A stretch of 64,000 nucleotides of DNA from the NCBI RefSeq assembly GCF_006345805.1, contig NC_042999.1, positions 42,222,001 through 42,286,000 of the forward strand, given 5' to 3'. Positions 49,426 to 63,840 of this stretch are shown here, one piece after another. Within the stretch, counting starts at the first letter, position 1. Every line of letters starts with the position of its first letter. Position numbers and translations under genes: made by a program. The notes beneath the pieces were generated by a model. The model searched no databases. It had not been told where the DNA came from and saw only the letters and a list, made by a program, of their open reading frames with translations. This stretch comes from Octopus sinensis (lineage: Eukaryota).

Positions 49426-51550
49426 TGGTAGAGATTGAAAAAGCATCTGGACGAAAACAACCTGTTTCCAGAAGAGCAGAAGGGATGCTGCAAGGGCTCA
49501 TACGGTTATAAGGATTAACTAATGATCAATAAAGCCATAACTGACGACAACCACAGAAATAAGAAAGGCCTCAGTATAGCCTGGATCGACTACCGAAAGG
49601 CGTTTGATAGTATTCCCCACACGTGGATCCTCGAAACACTAGCCATGAACAAGGTAGCACCAATAAATATAAAATACATAAAACACTCTATGTACAAATG
49701 GCAGACTGCTACAGCTCCAAACAAAAGAGGGTCTCGTGAAAACCAAAGCCACCCCCATTAAAAGAGGAATATTCCAGGGAGACACGCTCTCTCCACTCCT
49801 TTTCAGCTCGGCACTAACACCTTTATCTGAAATGTTAAATAGAACTGGATACGGATACAAATATTACGGCAAAACAATCAGCCACCTCTTATATATGGAT
49901 GACCTAAAACTATACGCTACAAATGATAAACAGCTGAAAACACTACTACAGATAGTATATGGATTTACCAAAGAAATAAATATGAAATTTGGCTTAGAAA
50001 AATGTGCCAAAGCAACCTTGAAAAGAGGGAAACTAGTTAAGAGTAGCAACATCTCACTAGATAAAGCCAATAAAATAAGAGAAATAGACCAAAATCAGAC
50101 GTACAAATATTTAGGAATCAGTGAACTAGATACAATACAACACAATCAAGTGAAAGAGAAAATAAAGAAAGAATACTATAGACGATTTAGATCAATACTG
50201 AAAACAGAGCTCAATGCTAAAAGCAAGATAATAGGTATTAACACTTTAGCCGTCCCAGTTATAAGTTACAGCTACAATATCCTTAACTGGACTCTAATTG
50301 AACTAACCAAAATAAACAGGAAAACAAGAAAAACAATGACAGGATCTAGGATGCAACACCCAAAATCTGACATAGAAAGGCTATATATACAACGTATAGA
50401 AGGTGGTAGAGGCCTTATACAGCCGGAAAACTATTATAAAATAACCACCATAGGACTGCAAAAATATCTACTTCAGAAGCAAGGAAAATTAATACAAATA
50501 GCACAAACACGAGCAAAACAAAAAACTGTTTTCAATATTTAAGTAAGCTGACAAATACTAACAAGAAGTCGTACGACCTAACATATATGAAGAAGAAGAA
50601 AAAGAAACAACAAAAGCTATAAAACAAATGAAATCAAAACTAAAACTAGAACAGCAACGGACCATGATAAAACGATGGCAAGAAAAGCCCCTTCATGGCA
50701 AATACTGGGTTAAAATAAATGCAAAAGAAACAGACAGAAAAATCCGAGCAGTGGTTGAGAATCTCAGGACTCAAAGCAGAGACTGAAGGATTTTTAATTG
50801 CAGCACAAGACCAAAGCCTCCCCACCAGAAATTACCAAAAACATGTAATGAAAAGTAACATGATAAGTAACTACAGAATATGTGGAGATGGACAAGAAAC
50901 AATAAATCATATTGTCTCTGGCTGCCCAGTCCTGGCTAAGAAGGAATATATTCACAGGCACGACAGAGTTGGGACCTATATACACTGTAAGCTATGCCAA
51001 CACTATGGAGTAACAACAGAAAAAAGATGATTTAGGCACACACCAGAAAAGGTCACAGAGAACGAGAAAGCAACAATACTCTGGGATATGCCAATACACA
51101 CAAATAGAGAAATTAAGGCCAATAGGCCACATATAGTTGTCAGAAATCATGAAGAAAAAATGTTTTCTAATTGATGTATCAATACCAACAGATGACAACG
51201 TTTCTCTAAAAGAAATGGAGACACTTTCAAAATACAAAGACCTGGAAATAGAGGTAACTCGAATGTGGAGTCTAAAAACAGAAACAATTCCTATCATAGT
51301 AGGCGCATTAGGTATGATAAAAAAATATTCAGACAAATACATAACAAAAACACCAGGACTTACAAATATATATAGCATACAGAAAATTGTACTACTGGGC
51401 ACTGAACACATCCTACGCAAAATACTTTCAATGCAGTAACCATAAGAGCATCACAATAAACCACAGCACACACCCAAGGCACACAGAGCTGTGCTCGGTA
51501 GTGAAGTAAAAGCACGTTATAAAAATAAAACAACTGAATAATACTAATAA
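49426..51550 (+). mobile_element. 5'-truncated R4/Dong-clade non-LTR retrotransposon (RT, zinc knuckle, RLE), frameshifted
   Basis: WIDYRKAFDSIPH, RGIFQGDTLSPLLF, HLLYMDDLK, YKYLGI, RLYIQRIEGGRGL, CG..ETINHIVSGC...RHD, RP(D>H)IVV..IDVSIP..KYKDL..IIVGALG; 3' tail aataatactaataa. Confidence 0.93.
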
Positions 51551-51554
51551 TTTT

Positions 51555-51737
51555 GTTACAGGGGCAGTAACTTCGGGGAGGTGACTAGTCGATTACATCG
51601 ACCCAAGTACTTTAATGGTACTTAATTTATCGACCCCGAAAGGATGAAAGGCAAAATCAAACCTTGGAACAATTTGAACCCAGAACGTAGCGGCTAAAAA
51701 TTTCACCCGGCTGGATAACGATTCTGCCAGCCCGCCG
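51555..51737 (-). mobile_element. Short SINE
   Basis: gtcgattacatcgaccc...ttatcgaccccgaaaggatgaaaggc...aacgattctgccagcccgcc. Confidence 0.8.
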
Positions 51738-51739
51738 TG

Positions 51740-51774
51740 TTAGTAATAACAATAATAATAACAATAATATTAAC

Positions 51775-51818
<44 letters not shown>

Positions 51819-51867
51819 TAATATAATAATAATATAATAATAATAATAATAATAATAATGAATGATA

Positions 51868-51908
<41 letters not shown>

Positions 51909-52043
51909 TATGTTTGCGACAAGGGCAGCTACGTGAGAGTTAGGGATGAGCCGATTACATGAAACCCAGAGCTCAGCTGGTACTCATTATATCGACCCTG
52001 AACGATAAAAGGTAAAGTAGACCTAATAATAATAATAGTAATG

Positions 52044-52109
<66 letters not shown>

Positions 52110-52152
52110 GTAGTAGTAGTAGTAGTAATAATAATAATAATAATAATAATAA

Positions 52153-52193
<41 letters not shown>

Positions 52194-52230
52194 ATACGAA
52201 GAAGAAGAAGAAGAAGAAGACGAAGAAGAA
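51740..52230. repeat. (TAA)n/(TTA)n/(TAG)n/(GAA)n microsatellites around a short SINE fragment (51915-52024)
   Basis: Directly visible. Confidence 0.9.
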
Positions 52231-52300
52231 GAATGGTACACAGAAAAAACAAGGAGAGAAAAAAATGTGTGTAGTGGCTAACGATCTATCATGGCGACTG

Positions 52301-52432
<132 letters not shown>

Positions 52433-53654
52433 TCGGAATGGTCATTTTGCCAGTTTAGCCAATCTTGCACAACAAATATATAAACGTATATATATATATA
52501 CATATATGCTTTTATATATGTATATATGTAGGTGTGTGTGAGTGTATGTGTGTCTGTCTGGCAGTCTATGTATGTTGAAAGCATTCATATACAACCCACG
52601 TGTCATTTCTCACCAACATTAATTGAAATAGAACTGAAAGTGTATTTTTGGTTTGCCAGCTCCTTATCAATGATCCATAAATATCTCCTTCGTCGAGTAT
52701 CTTTCTTAATTCGTTGATATCAGTAGACAGTTAGCTTCCATAAGTTGTGGTTCCAGACAATATCAAGTTGGTTCTGATTTAATCCCATTATTTTGTTATA
52801 TATATATTCATTCATTTATTTATTTATTTATTTTAGGATCTTTTTTATGTTTTAACTTTTACTTGTTTCAGTCATTACATTACAGTAATGCTGGGGCACC
52901 GCCTTGAAGTTTTCCTTTTTTTCTTTTGGAATACCAGATTTTAAAACAACAATCCCAAAGGTGCGTTCGCTCGAGGAAAACCCTTCGAGGGGATGCCCCA
53001 ACCTGGCCGCAGTCTAATGGCAGAAGCAAGTAAAAGACACGTGATAGACGATAACCCAGAACAACCTCCCAAGTTATATAGCGTTTTGTATCTTTTATGA
53101 TAGTGCTAAGCAAAATTCCCTCAATGCTCATTGGATTGAGATTAGTGTTAGATTTTATTCCCTGGCTCTCTCCATGTTCATTAGATATCTTAATGATATT
53201 ACACATATCTTCTTGCTGGAAAACGTGATGAGGGTAGCAGTTCGTGATTATTTTTCCACTGCAAGCAATGTTGCTGAAGTTACATGATTTAGGTGTTACA
53301 AGACACCAACATAGATTTAAAGCCATGTCCGCGCCCTCCTAGTGAAGGAAAAATAATATATCTGTATATGTATGCATGTATGTATGAACGTGTGTGTGTA
53401 TATGTATGTACATGTGCATATAAACAATATATATATACATATATATTATATATATATAGATATATATATAGTATATATATATATATATAATATATATATA
53501 ATATTATTATATGAATATATATATACATATATGTATATATGATATACATATATATATATTACTTGTATGTACGTATGCCCCTACGTACAAACACACACAC
53601 ACACAACATATATATATATATAATATGGGTGTGTACATATTTAGGGATTTAGTA

Positions 53655-53869
53655 ATTTACTTGTTTCTGACATTTGACTGCAGCCAATTTAGAACACCGC
53701 CTTTAGTCGAAAAAATCGACCCCAGAACTTATTCTTTGTAAGCATAGTACTTATCCTATCGGTCTCTTTGCCGAACCACTAGGTTATGGGGACGTAAACA
53801 GAGCAACATAGGTTGTCAAGCCATTGTGGTGGGGGACATGCACAGACACACACCAACACAAATACATGC

Positions 53870-53870
<1 letters not shown>
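53655..53870 (-). mobile_element. Long SINE 3' half
   Basis: ttacttgtttc...gcctttagtcga...ggtctctttgccgaacc. Confidence 0.8.
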
Positions 53871-53900
<30 letters not shown>

Positions 53901-54064
53901 TTTATTATACACATACTGATATATGACCTACGTTGGACTTTTCATTCACATAATCATCGAACCTGGAGCTTACCTGTAGTTTGTCCCTAGCACTTACTCA
54001 GCATTACTTGACACCTTTACATCTTATTGACACCATTACCTCTCATAACCTATATGTGTGTGTA

Positions 54065-54097
<33 letters not shown>

Positions 54098-54099
<2 letters not shown>

Positions 54100-54307
54100 C
54101 GGGAAGGTCTACGAAAATAAACAAAAGACGAAGGCAGGTGGAGTACAAACAAGCAAATGTATTAGTATGGCGCTCAGGAATAGAAATAGAACAAGTGTTT
54201 TACGTTTCGAGCCTACGCTCTTCGACAGAAAGATACACAGAAAAGAAACAAGGAGAGAAACAAGGAGAGAAAAAAATGCGTGTAGGAGCTAACGGTCTAT
54301 CATGGCG
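54098..54307 (-). mobile_element. Family C repeat with hammerhead-like core at 54201-54228
   Basis: UUU|CUGUCGA-A-GAGC-GUAG-GCUC-GAAAC-GUA|AAA (A6U). Its 5' part is also present at 52236-52298. Confidence 0.65.
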
Positions 54308-54314
54308 TTATACA

Positions 54315-54745
54315 CGTCGGGCTTCTTTCAGTTTCCGTCTACCAAATACACTCACAAGGCTTTGGTCGGCCTCGAAGCTATAGTAGAAGCTATAGTGGAA
54401 CTGAACTCCGAACCATGTGGCTGGGAAGCAACCTTCTTACCACAGATTGGATCTGTTAGAATGGAATTGAAAACTCATCATATGTGTGCGTGTGTATGTG
54501 TTAATGTGTTTGTGCGTGTGTATTTGCTTCTATGTGTGTCTTTGTGCTTTTGTCAGTTCCCAGTTCCCACACCACTTGTCAGCCGGCATTGGTTTGTTTA
54601 CATCCGCGTAACCTTATTCTTATGATCTGTTTTGACCAACTACTAAGTACCGGACTCAAATGTAAAACTGAGGATGATTTGTTTCACTAAAATCCTTCAA
54701 AGTGGTGGCTCCAGCATGGTCGTAGTCCAATGACTGAAACAAGAT
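54315..54745. mobile_element. Long SINE pieces in opposite orientations (5' half on minus at 54315-54445; 3' half on plus at ~54500-54745)
   Basis: Motif orientation read directly. Confidence 0.6.
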
Positions 54746-55016
54746 AAAGATATGGGTCTCAACCATCTCTCTAGTGCCATGCTAGACAAACATACAATAC
54801 ACAAATGCATACATACATACGCACACATACATACTTACGTTCGTACATATATACAAATATGTGTGTGCGTATGTGTGGGTGAGTGTATGAGTCAGGCTGT
54901 GTGCGCATGCGCGTACGTTTTAGTTGTGTATTGATTACAACGTTATTTTATTTCTACTCTGAGGGTGCAGGGAAAAGCTAATAATAAAAAGACGAATAAA
55001 AACAACAAAAACCAAC

Positions 55017-55078
<62 letters not shown>

Positions 55079-55391
55079 TAATAATAACAATAACAATAAT
55101 ACAACGTGAAGGCAAATAGAATTCGCAGAAACTATAAGCGACACACAAAAAAAATTTGAAATAAGAAGTGACTGAAATAAAGAATTATATGCAGAAAATT
55201 CAGGGAATGGATTGAAAACATTGGTTCAAGTCTTGTAAAAGAATGGAATGCGTTCAAAGGTGACTACATCAATGTTTGTCTAGTAAGTAAAAGGAACAAA
55301 AGATTCGATTTCAATATATACAAATGTATGGCGCTGAATAGCGATCGTATATATATATATATGATTGTAGATCAATGTACGTGCATGTATT

Positions 55392-55428
<37 letters not shown>

Positions 55429-55630
55429 ATATTTATATATATATATATGCATATATGTATATATATATATATGTGTGTGTGTGTGTATGTATCAATGAAT
55501 ATAATATATGTGTGTGTGTATGTATATACTTACATATTGATATATATACGAAAATATGTATATATATATATATATATAGTGGTACAAGGAACAAAAGAAT
55601 TAATTCCATCCATACAAATATGACGTTCAA

Positions 55631-55670
<40 letters not shown>

Positions 55671-55719
55671 TATACCTACAGAAGTAATGTATGTGTAAAT
55701 ATAATTATGGCATAGATAG

Positions 55720-55763
55720 ATAGGTAAGCAGACAGCAGATAGATAGATCGATAGATAGATAGT

Positions 55764-55837
<74 letters not shown>

Positions 55838-55902
55838 CATAGATAGACAGACAGACAGATAGACAGACAGACAGACAGACAGACACATAGATAGATAGAT
55901 AA

Positions 55903-55960
<58 letters not shown>

Positions 55961-56137
55961 TATAAAACTGACTGAAAAATAGCCTGAGGTCTAATGAAAA
56001 AAATAGTGCGACGAAATAAAATGATATATACACATATATACACGCACACACATATAGACAAATACAAACACAGATATATACATACACACATAACACACAC
56101 ACACACACACCACACAACACACACATATATATATATA

Positions 56138-56196
<59 letters not shown>

Positions 56197-56454
56197 CTCA
56201 GTCTCCCCATATCGCTTTATATACATACATGTGAGCCTCTATATATATATATTTGTTTTGTTACACAACAAACAAAAACAAACGGACTACAGACTTTCTA
56301 ATATATACACGCACTCACGTGCAAGCGCGTTCGCACACAGGCACATATACATACATACTGCATACATACATACATACATACATACATACATACATACATA
56401 CATACATACATACATACATACATACATGCATACATACATACATACATACATATA

Positions 56455-56488
<34 letters not shown>

Positions 56489-56626
56489 CATACAACATAC
56501 ATACATGCATACATACAATACATATATACATACATCCATACATGCATCCATACATACATACCTACACATACTACATACATCACATACATACATATATATA
56601 TACATAAATACATACATACATACATA

Positions 56627-56670
<44 letters not shown>
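55720..56670. repeat. (GATA)n, (TA)n and (TACA)n microsatellite fields
   Basis: Directly visible. Confidence 0.9.
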
Positions 56671-56674
<4 letters not shown>

Positions 56675-57156
56675 ACACACACACGCGCATATATATTGTT
56701 TAAAATTATATAGACATGCACCAAATGGGTATGTACGTGCGCTCGTGCACACAATTTGATTCTGAAGCCATTACATCGATCTATTTTAGACAATTGAAAT
56801 CTGACGATTTTGCCATTGAAAAAAAATATATCAATTCATATTTGAAAAGAAACTTTTAACAAAATTACGAAAACACAGACACACTGACACACGCAAATGT
56901 GTATTTAAGTTTATTTACGCATTTATAGACATACACACACATATGTATGTATATATATATATAATATATGCGTTGATATATATGTATGAATACATGAGCT
57001 TATATGAATATGTATATGTGTGTGTATATGTATGTGTATGGACATGAATATATACTATATATTCATATGCATACATGCATGTATTCTTGTATCTACCTAC
57101 CTCCATCTTCCCACCTCTCTTCCCTCTGTCTCTCTCTCTCTCTTTATATGTATATG

Positions 57157-57196
<40 letters not shown>

Positions 57197-57666
57197 TATT
57201 CATACACAACTAAATGCATACATACATGCACAAATATGCAATTATATATTCATTAATATATTTCTATGTATATAAATATGTGTATATGCGTGTGTGTGTA
57301 GCATAATATATATTACCATACCTGTATATAGATATATATATATATATATATAAATGGTCATATATATATACATCGATGTATCACTTAGAGAAATGGAATA
57401 CCAATACCATAGTTACGTTGCAGTATAGTACAAAAGTAAGTTGGTAATGTAATTACTAAAATAGCTTTTGTATCATTTTACTTTTTCTATAAAATAATGT
57501 GTAGAAATGTTTTGGCTTGTGAGCTTTGGATTTTCAAAAGACTTGCAGCCCTCAACACCCTTTTATTTTACTGCATTACATTTTTTTTATATTGTTGATC
57601 GATAATGATGGGAGAGAGAAAAAAAACTCATTAACAGAAAGTTATTTTATGAGCGAGAAAACATTG

Positions 57667-57721
<55 letters not shown>

Positions 57722-59104
57722 AAAACATACATAACGATATCTATCATTATATCATAAATACATACATACATATACATATATTATATATATATATATATAA
57801 TATTATATATATATATATATATATAAAACAATAATACATTAAGGAAGGAGAATATATGTATGTAGTTTGTATGTCTTGTCGTATGCATACATGTGTCTTA
57901 GGTATATGTGTGTGCGTGTGTATTAGTCTATACTTATGTGTGTGTGTGTGAGTGTGTATATATATATATATAAATACATATGTATATTTATATATACACA
58001 TGCATTTATAGGTATATATTCAACCACCCATGTACGCCCGTCCGCGCGTACACACACATACACACATACACACGCACACATACATAAATATATAGATCTG
58101 GAAGCTATACAATACAGATTTATAATTTTTTTATGAAAGTTTAGACCATCATTCAATTAATGTGGGAATATTTTCAGAACTGAAAACGGAAAAAAAAAAA
58201 GAAGAAAAAAAAGAAAAAAGAAGAAAAAAATTGTGTCCAGAGCAAAGAAAAATGATTATTTATTGTTGAAAATTACCGTAAACTTCCTGGTAGATGTTTA
58301 AAATTCTCAGTCTTAAAATTCTTGTGATAGGCTCCCTCCTTGACGTATCATTTTCATTTGTATCAATTGTCTGCCAAAAAATGTGATAAAACTTCTCCGA
58401 TTACATTCGTCGTAAGCCGAAGAGACAAATCGAGAAGGGAAATTTTTTTTTTTTTTCCGTTGTTTCCAATCACTTTTATCTTCTTATATGCAAATGTGCT
58501 CCGCAAAAATATTTTTTGAAAATAATTTTGTCGTGAACTCGGGAAGAGCTAACTGTATTTAAAATTCTTGTATGAAAAAGTTTCGGGCAATGTATTATTA
58601 GGTAAGAATAAGAAATAAATATAAAAGCTGTACAATTCAAAATTATATGATTATATCAGTAATTAAAGCCATTGAACGATGTGTTTTAGCATTTCCGAAT
58701 TCCAATGACTCAAGCCACTAAAAATAATGAAAAGACACAAAATAATAGATCAGTTACTGGCCATGCGACTAATAAGGCTGCAGCCCAACTAAATAAAACC
58801 CGTCTGTGGCAAGGTTTATTTCCAGGATATAAAGTGAACTGGAGCAACATCAAAATGAAGCATTTTGCTCAAGAACATGACACAGCGCCCGATTCACTAA
58901 TCGAAACTACTAACTTACGATGGTGAGTGCTCCGCCTCTAACCATTTAGCCATGAATCTTTAGAATATAAACTTAGGTAAACTAATCTAGCCTTCAACTA
59001 GTGTCTCCAAGTCTATGCTTAACTTAATTGCAGTTCCGGGTGGATAATATTTTTTTTATTTATTCTAGCGTTTGGTGTCGATTGCTGTAACCACTGTTAT
59101 TGCT

Positions 59105-59188
59105 GGTTGTTGTTGTTGTTGTTGTTGTTGTTTTTGTTGCTGCTGCTGCTGCTGTTGTTGTTTTTGCTGCTACTGCTGCTGCTGCTGC

Positions 59189-59228
<40 letters not shown>
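59105..59228. repeat. (TGT)n/(TGC)n microsatellite
   Basis: Directly visible. Confidence 0.95.
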
Positions 59229-59892
59229 AAGCAACAAGACGAGTAAGTGTGATTAGGTGATGGTCTAGAGCTTAGGGACGGGAGACCCCGGACCTTGGAA
59301 AATAAAATCTTTGGTCGTCTTGTTGCAGTCGAGGGCTCTTCGTTGACGCCCGGCACCACTGGGAGGTGGCCCTCGAAGTCTCTGGAAATGGAGATCTCCC
59401 GATCCAAATTCTTGAACGGCTGTTGTTGCTGGTGGTAATAATGGTAACAATATTTTATTTGTCCAAAAATGTTCACAAACTGATTTTCTTAGTTATGACA
59501 CTTGTTCGATTTTGTTTTGTTGGGTTTTATTTTAAGATTGTAAACACACTTGGAAGATGTGTTGCCCATTACTTGCTACTTGTATATGTGTTGTCCATAA
59601 TTTGCTTGTATATCTTCACCAAATCGGAATGTTTCCACCACTGACTATGTTATATATATGAGAAGCGAGAAACTCAAGGAAGAGCTGAGCCTAAGGGGGT
59701 CTTTATAGTGATTGAATGTTTATGCTGCTCCTTTGCTCACTCTCTACATGAAATCAACATTACCAGTATAGGTGCACTGCGTGCCACATGTCATAATCGA
59801 TGTGGCTTCATACATACGAATATACATGCATACATAAATACACAAAATGCACATGACTCCACACAACGCATGCACTAGGCTGCTTGTACACA

Positions 59893-60130
59893 TACACCTG
59901 CGACGATTTCATCTCAATCAAAGGAAAGGAGCTTTCTCCGTCTGGGTTGCGGATCCGTGGAACAAGCTGCCAGACGAGATGGTGAAGATGCCGACGACCG
60001 CTTTGTTCGAAGCCTCCCTTGACCTCAAGTGGCCTGAACTCTTTACATGAACACCACCCTGTACTTAACTCCATGTCCCCCTACATGGCCTTGCTATTTG
60101 CTTTTGAGCCAAATTAACAAACTAACTAAC
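59893..60130 (+). mobile_element. CR1-group LINE extreme 3' end
   Basis: HLRRFHLNQRKGAFSVWVADPWNKLPDEMV...FEASLD (the RV..WN.LP...FK..LD motif); (ctaa)n tail. Confidence 0.7.
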
Positions 60131-60489
60131 ATACACAGAGGCCCATGTGTTTGCACACACACATGATAACCCCACACATTCGTACACACGTCCTTACGCA
60201 CACACACATACACACCAGTACAGGAAACTCGCACGACTCCTCATGATGTGCACACAAAGTTACTTATACGCACACACACACACGCACATACAGAGGTCCA
60301 CATGATTTTCAGTTCGTCCATACATACATACTCACACACATGGCCCCCGGTCACGGATCCACACTCACACATACCATTCTAAAATACACACGCGCCCTTG
60401 TGCAACCTCGTTCGACCGGGTCACCATTATTACCTCCATTTCATTCAAGCTCTTTCTTCTAAACATAGCATTATATTGAATTGTTATTC

Positions 60490-60693
60490 CCGACACATTT
60501 TTCTCTCTCCCTTCATTTATGTTTTTTTTTCTTTCTCATTCTCTCTCCATATCTTTCATCTTAATCATTTCTGCCGAAGAGCGTGGGCTTGAAACGTCGA
60601 AGACTTTTCCATTCTTCCCGTGCGTTAAACTAACGCACTTGCTTACTATTCCTATACCTGTCTTCGTCTTTTGTTTCCAGTAAATTTGAACTA
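60490..60693 (+). mobile_element. Family C repeat with hammerhead-like core at 60571-60598
   Basis: UUU|CUGCCGA-A-GAGC-GUGG-GCUU-GAAAC-GUC|GAA (A6C). The downstream part matches the reverse complement of 37741-37810. Confidence 0.6.
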
Positions 60694-60875
60694 CATACAT
60701 ACATAATACATACATACATACATACATACATAATACATACATAATACATACATATATACATACATATATACATACATGCATACATACAAACAAACATACA
60801 TTCATACATACCTATTTACATACATACACTCTCACGAACACACACACACACTCACACATACATATATACATACAT

Positions 60876-61215
60876 TGGAGACTCCCCTCGGTCATAACAG
60901 ACGATGGAATTGCACCTAGGAAGTTACCCTCCCAGGCACAAGTCCGGGCAAGGTTGTTTATGGAAAACCAGCAGTCGTCCATGCATACCGCCCTCCCCTC
61001 TCCACGCCACCTGTGTTATCCAAGGGAAAGGCAAAGGGGTCGATACAGCTTGGCACCTGTGACGTCACAACTCATTTCTAAGGCTGAGTGAACTGGAGCA
61101 ACGTGAAATAAAGCGTCTTGATCAAGAACACAACACGCAGCCTGGTCCGGGATTTGAACTCACAACTTCACGATCGTGAGCTCGACGTTCTAACCACTGA
61201 GCCATGCGCCTTCAC
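60876..61215 (-). mobile_element. tRNA-derived SINE with LINE-like 3' tail
   Basis: Head gtgaaggcgcatggctcagtggttagaacg...gagttcaaatccc. Confidence 0.8.
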
Positions 61216-61450
61216 TATAACTACACACATACATGCATACATACATGCATACGTATAGACGTGCATACATACATACATACATACATACATACATACATAA
61301 TACATACATACATACATACATACGTACACCAGCACTCATTCCAGTCCTGGTTTATAGAAAGTATGGAATAAAGTCGCATAAACCATCGGCCCATTTTTGA
61401 AGAAGAAAATAAAACGCCAGTATTGTTTCTTTCTAGATGAAGAAAGACAA

Positions 61451-61667
61451 CTCTTTTACTCTTTTACTCTTTTACTCTTTTACTTGTTTCAGTCATTCGA
61501 CTGCGGCCATGCTGGAGCACCGCCTTTAGTCGAGCAAATCGACCCCGGGACTTATTCTTTGTAAGCCCAGTACTTATTCTATCGGTCTCTTTTGCCGAAC
61601 CGCTAAGTTACGGGGACGTAAACACACCAGCATCGGTTGTCAAGCAATGCTTGGGGGACAAACACAG

Positions 61668-61725
<58 letters not shown>

Positions 61726-61880
61726 GACAGGCTTCTTTCAGTTTCCGTCAACCAAATCCACTCACAAGGCATTGGTCGGCCCGGGGCTATAGCAGAAGAC
61801 ACTTGCCCAAGATGCCACGCAGTGGGACTGAACCCGGAACCATGTGGTTGGTTAGCAAGCTACTTACCACACAGCCACTC
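61451..61880 (-). mobile_element. Long tRNA-derived SINE, nearly complete
   Basis: As 8551-8959; tail (gtaaaaga)x3. Confidence 0.9.
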
Positions 61881-61967
61881 ATTTGATGCAAGCAACCATT
61901 TTTTATATATCAAGCTATATGACTTCTACACATTTATAAATCTCATATAACAATACATACAAATGTG

Positions 61968-62160
61968 CAGTTCTATATTTAAGAGATGAAAGATTATGTA
62001 CATTATTTACATTATTTACATTTGACGGATATTTGTCCTCATCTGCTTTGTTGTTAACACAACGTTTCGGCTGATGAAGGCTGGTGGGTATATCAGCCGA
62101 AACGTGTTAACAACAAACAAGATGAGGACAAATATCCGTCAAATGTAAATAATGTACATA
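61968..62160. repeat. Inverted dimer of repeat family D (arms ~62010-62075 / 62092-62160)
   Basis: atcagccgaaacg..gttaacaacaaac..gatgaggacaaatatccgtcaaatgtaaataatg is mirrored on the left. Confidence 0.9.
62071..62106 (+). ncRNA. Hammerhead-like core with extra A (family D), damaged
   Basis: CUGAUGA-A-GGCUG-GUGGGUAUAU-CAGCC-GAAAC-GU(G). The mirror arm keeps GAAAC-GUU-GUG, showing a 3-nt deletion in this copy. Confidence 0.6.
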
Positions 62161-62164
62161 CAAA

Positions 62165-62335
62165 TGTGGTTGTGTGGCAAGGAGCTTGCCTCCCAACCAC
62201 ATGGTTCCGGGTTCAGTCCCACTGCGTGGTACCTTGGAGCTTGGGCGAATGCATTCTACTGTAGTCTCAGGCCGACCAAAGCCTTGTGAGTAGATTTGGT
62301 ACACGGGAACTAGAAGCCCATCGTATATATATATA

Positions 62336-62366
<31 letters not shown>

Positions 62367-62625
62367 AAAGCACACACACATATATATACATACATATGTG
62401 TGTGTGTGTGTGTGTGGCTGTGTGTGTGTGTGTGGCTCTGTGTGTGTTTGTATCTCCGCCATCCCTTGATAACCGATGCTGGTGTGCTTATGTCCCCGTA
62501 ATTTAGCAGTTCGTCGAAAGAGTACGATAGAATAAGTACTAGCCTTACAAAGAATAAGTCCTGGGGTCGATTTCTTCGACTAACATCTCTTAAGGTGGTG
62601 CTCCAGCATGGCCTCAGTCAAGTAG
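62165..62625 (+). mobile_element. Long tRNA-derived SINE, diverged
   Basis: aaccacatggttccgggttcagtccc...gccttgtgagtagatttggta...gtcctggggtcgattt. Confidence 0.85.
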
Positions 62626-62826
62626 AAGAAGAAAAGAAAATATATATTATTTAGATAAAGATAGTTATGGCTGCTTCATAGGGTTAGCCAGACGTCGTAA
62701 AACTAAGCGCTTTACGTACTCAAAACCCCGGGAAACCTTATAAGCAAGCCGTAACAATCTTTATCTAAATCCTCTACTGCTCTATAACTTAGTGTGCTTC
62801 TCTTTTGAATCTGTGATTTACTGACG

Positions 62827-62872
<46 letters not shown>

Positions 62873-63081
62873 ATGTATACGTGTGTGTGTGTACGTACGT
62901 ATGTACATATGTATGTGTGTATTCTAGCACAAAAGAAACGTGCTCCAGGCTGTCTTACGTTAGTGTAACTATACACTGACCAAAGTGTTTTTTCTTAATG
63001 TAAAATCCTTGAAGTAACATACTTACATACACACACACAGAGACACGCACACACGCATATATGTATAATGTATATATATAT

Positions 63082-63467
63082 ACTAGCAGTATCACCCGGC
63101 GTTGCTCAGGTTTGTAAGGGAAATAACTATAAAGCATTTTTAGAGAGTTATAGCCAAAAAATAGCCAAAAAATGGAAAAAAATGATGGTAAATTTTTTTT
63201 GAGAGTTAAAAATGGTGGAGTTGCGTCCCCTAGACAGTTTATGGTTTGTGTTTCTGATTCTCGACCCCATGTCGAATTTATCGATTTTTTTCAGAACTGG
63301 GGGAACTTTTCAAAATTTTCGCTTCGTTAGTTTTGAATTATGACATTGGGCTATGTGTGTGTCAAGTTTCATCAGAATCAGTTGAAAGCCGTGGTCAGGG
63401 TGAGGGTACAAGCAAACAGACACACAGAAACACGCACAGACAAACTGCCGTTTATATAGAGAGAGAT
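63082..63467 (+). mobile_element. Non-autonomous Helentron/DINE-1-like element
   Basis: 5' actagcagtatcacccggcgttgctcagg; 3' aagtttcatcagaatc...acagacaaac...tttatatagagagagat. This layout is typical of DINE-1/Lep1-like elements. Confidence 0.6.
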
Positions 63468-63619
63468 ATATGTGTGTGTGTCAGAGAGAGAAAGAGAGAA
63501 ATAGCTAGCTAGATAGATAGATAGATAGTACACACATATACACACATGTATGCAAACATATATATACATACTTTTGTGTGTGCGTGTATGCGTGTGTGTG
63601 TGTGTGTATGGGTGTGTGT

Positions 63620-63663
<44 letters not shown>

Positions 63664-63840
63664 GCTAACTCTTAGACATCATTACTTGTGTTTCTAATTA
63701 GATACGTCTAAGTTACTTAAACTTTTTTAGTTAAACACATGCTTTTAAAATGAAAGTATATTTTTCCCCCTGGAGTAAAAATTTTAAAAATAGCATACAA
63801 TATTTTAAGTAAACTTCAATGCTTTTATTACTTTTATTAC

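Noticed and set aside
58277-58370. 94-nt minus-strand exon candidate (ttttttggcag|...ACG|gtaatt)
   Set aside because: Open only in phase 0, so it cannot join directly to the phase-1 exon at 63841, and the peptide is unremarkable. Not enough support.
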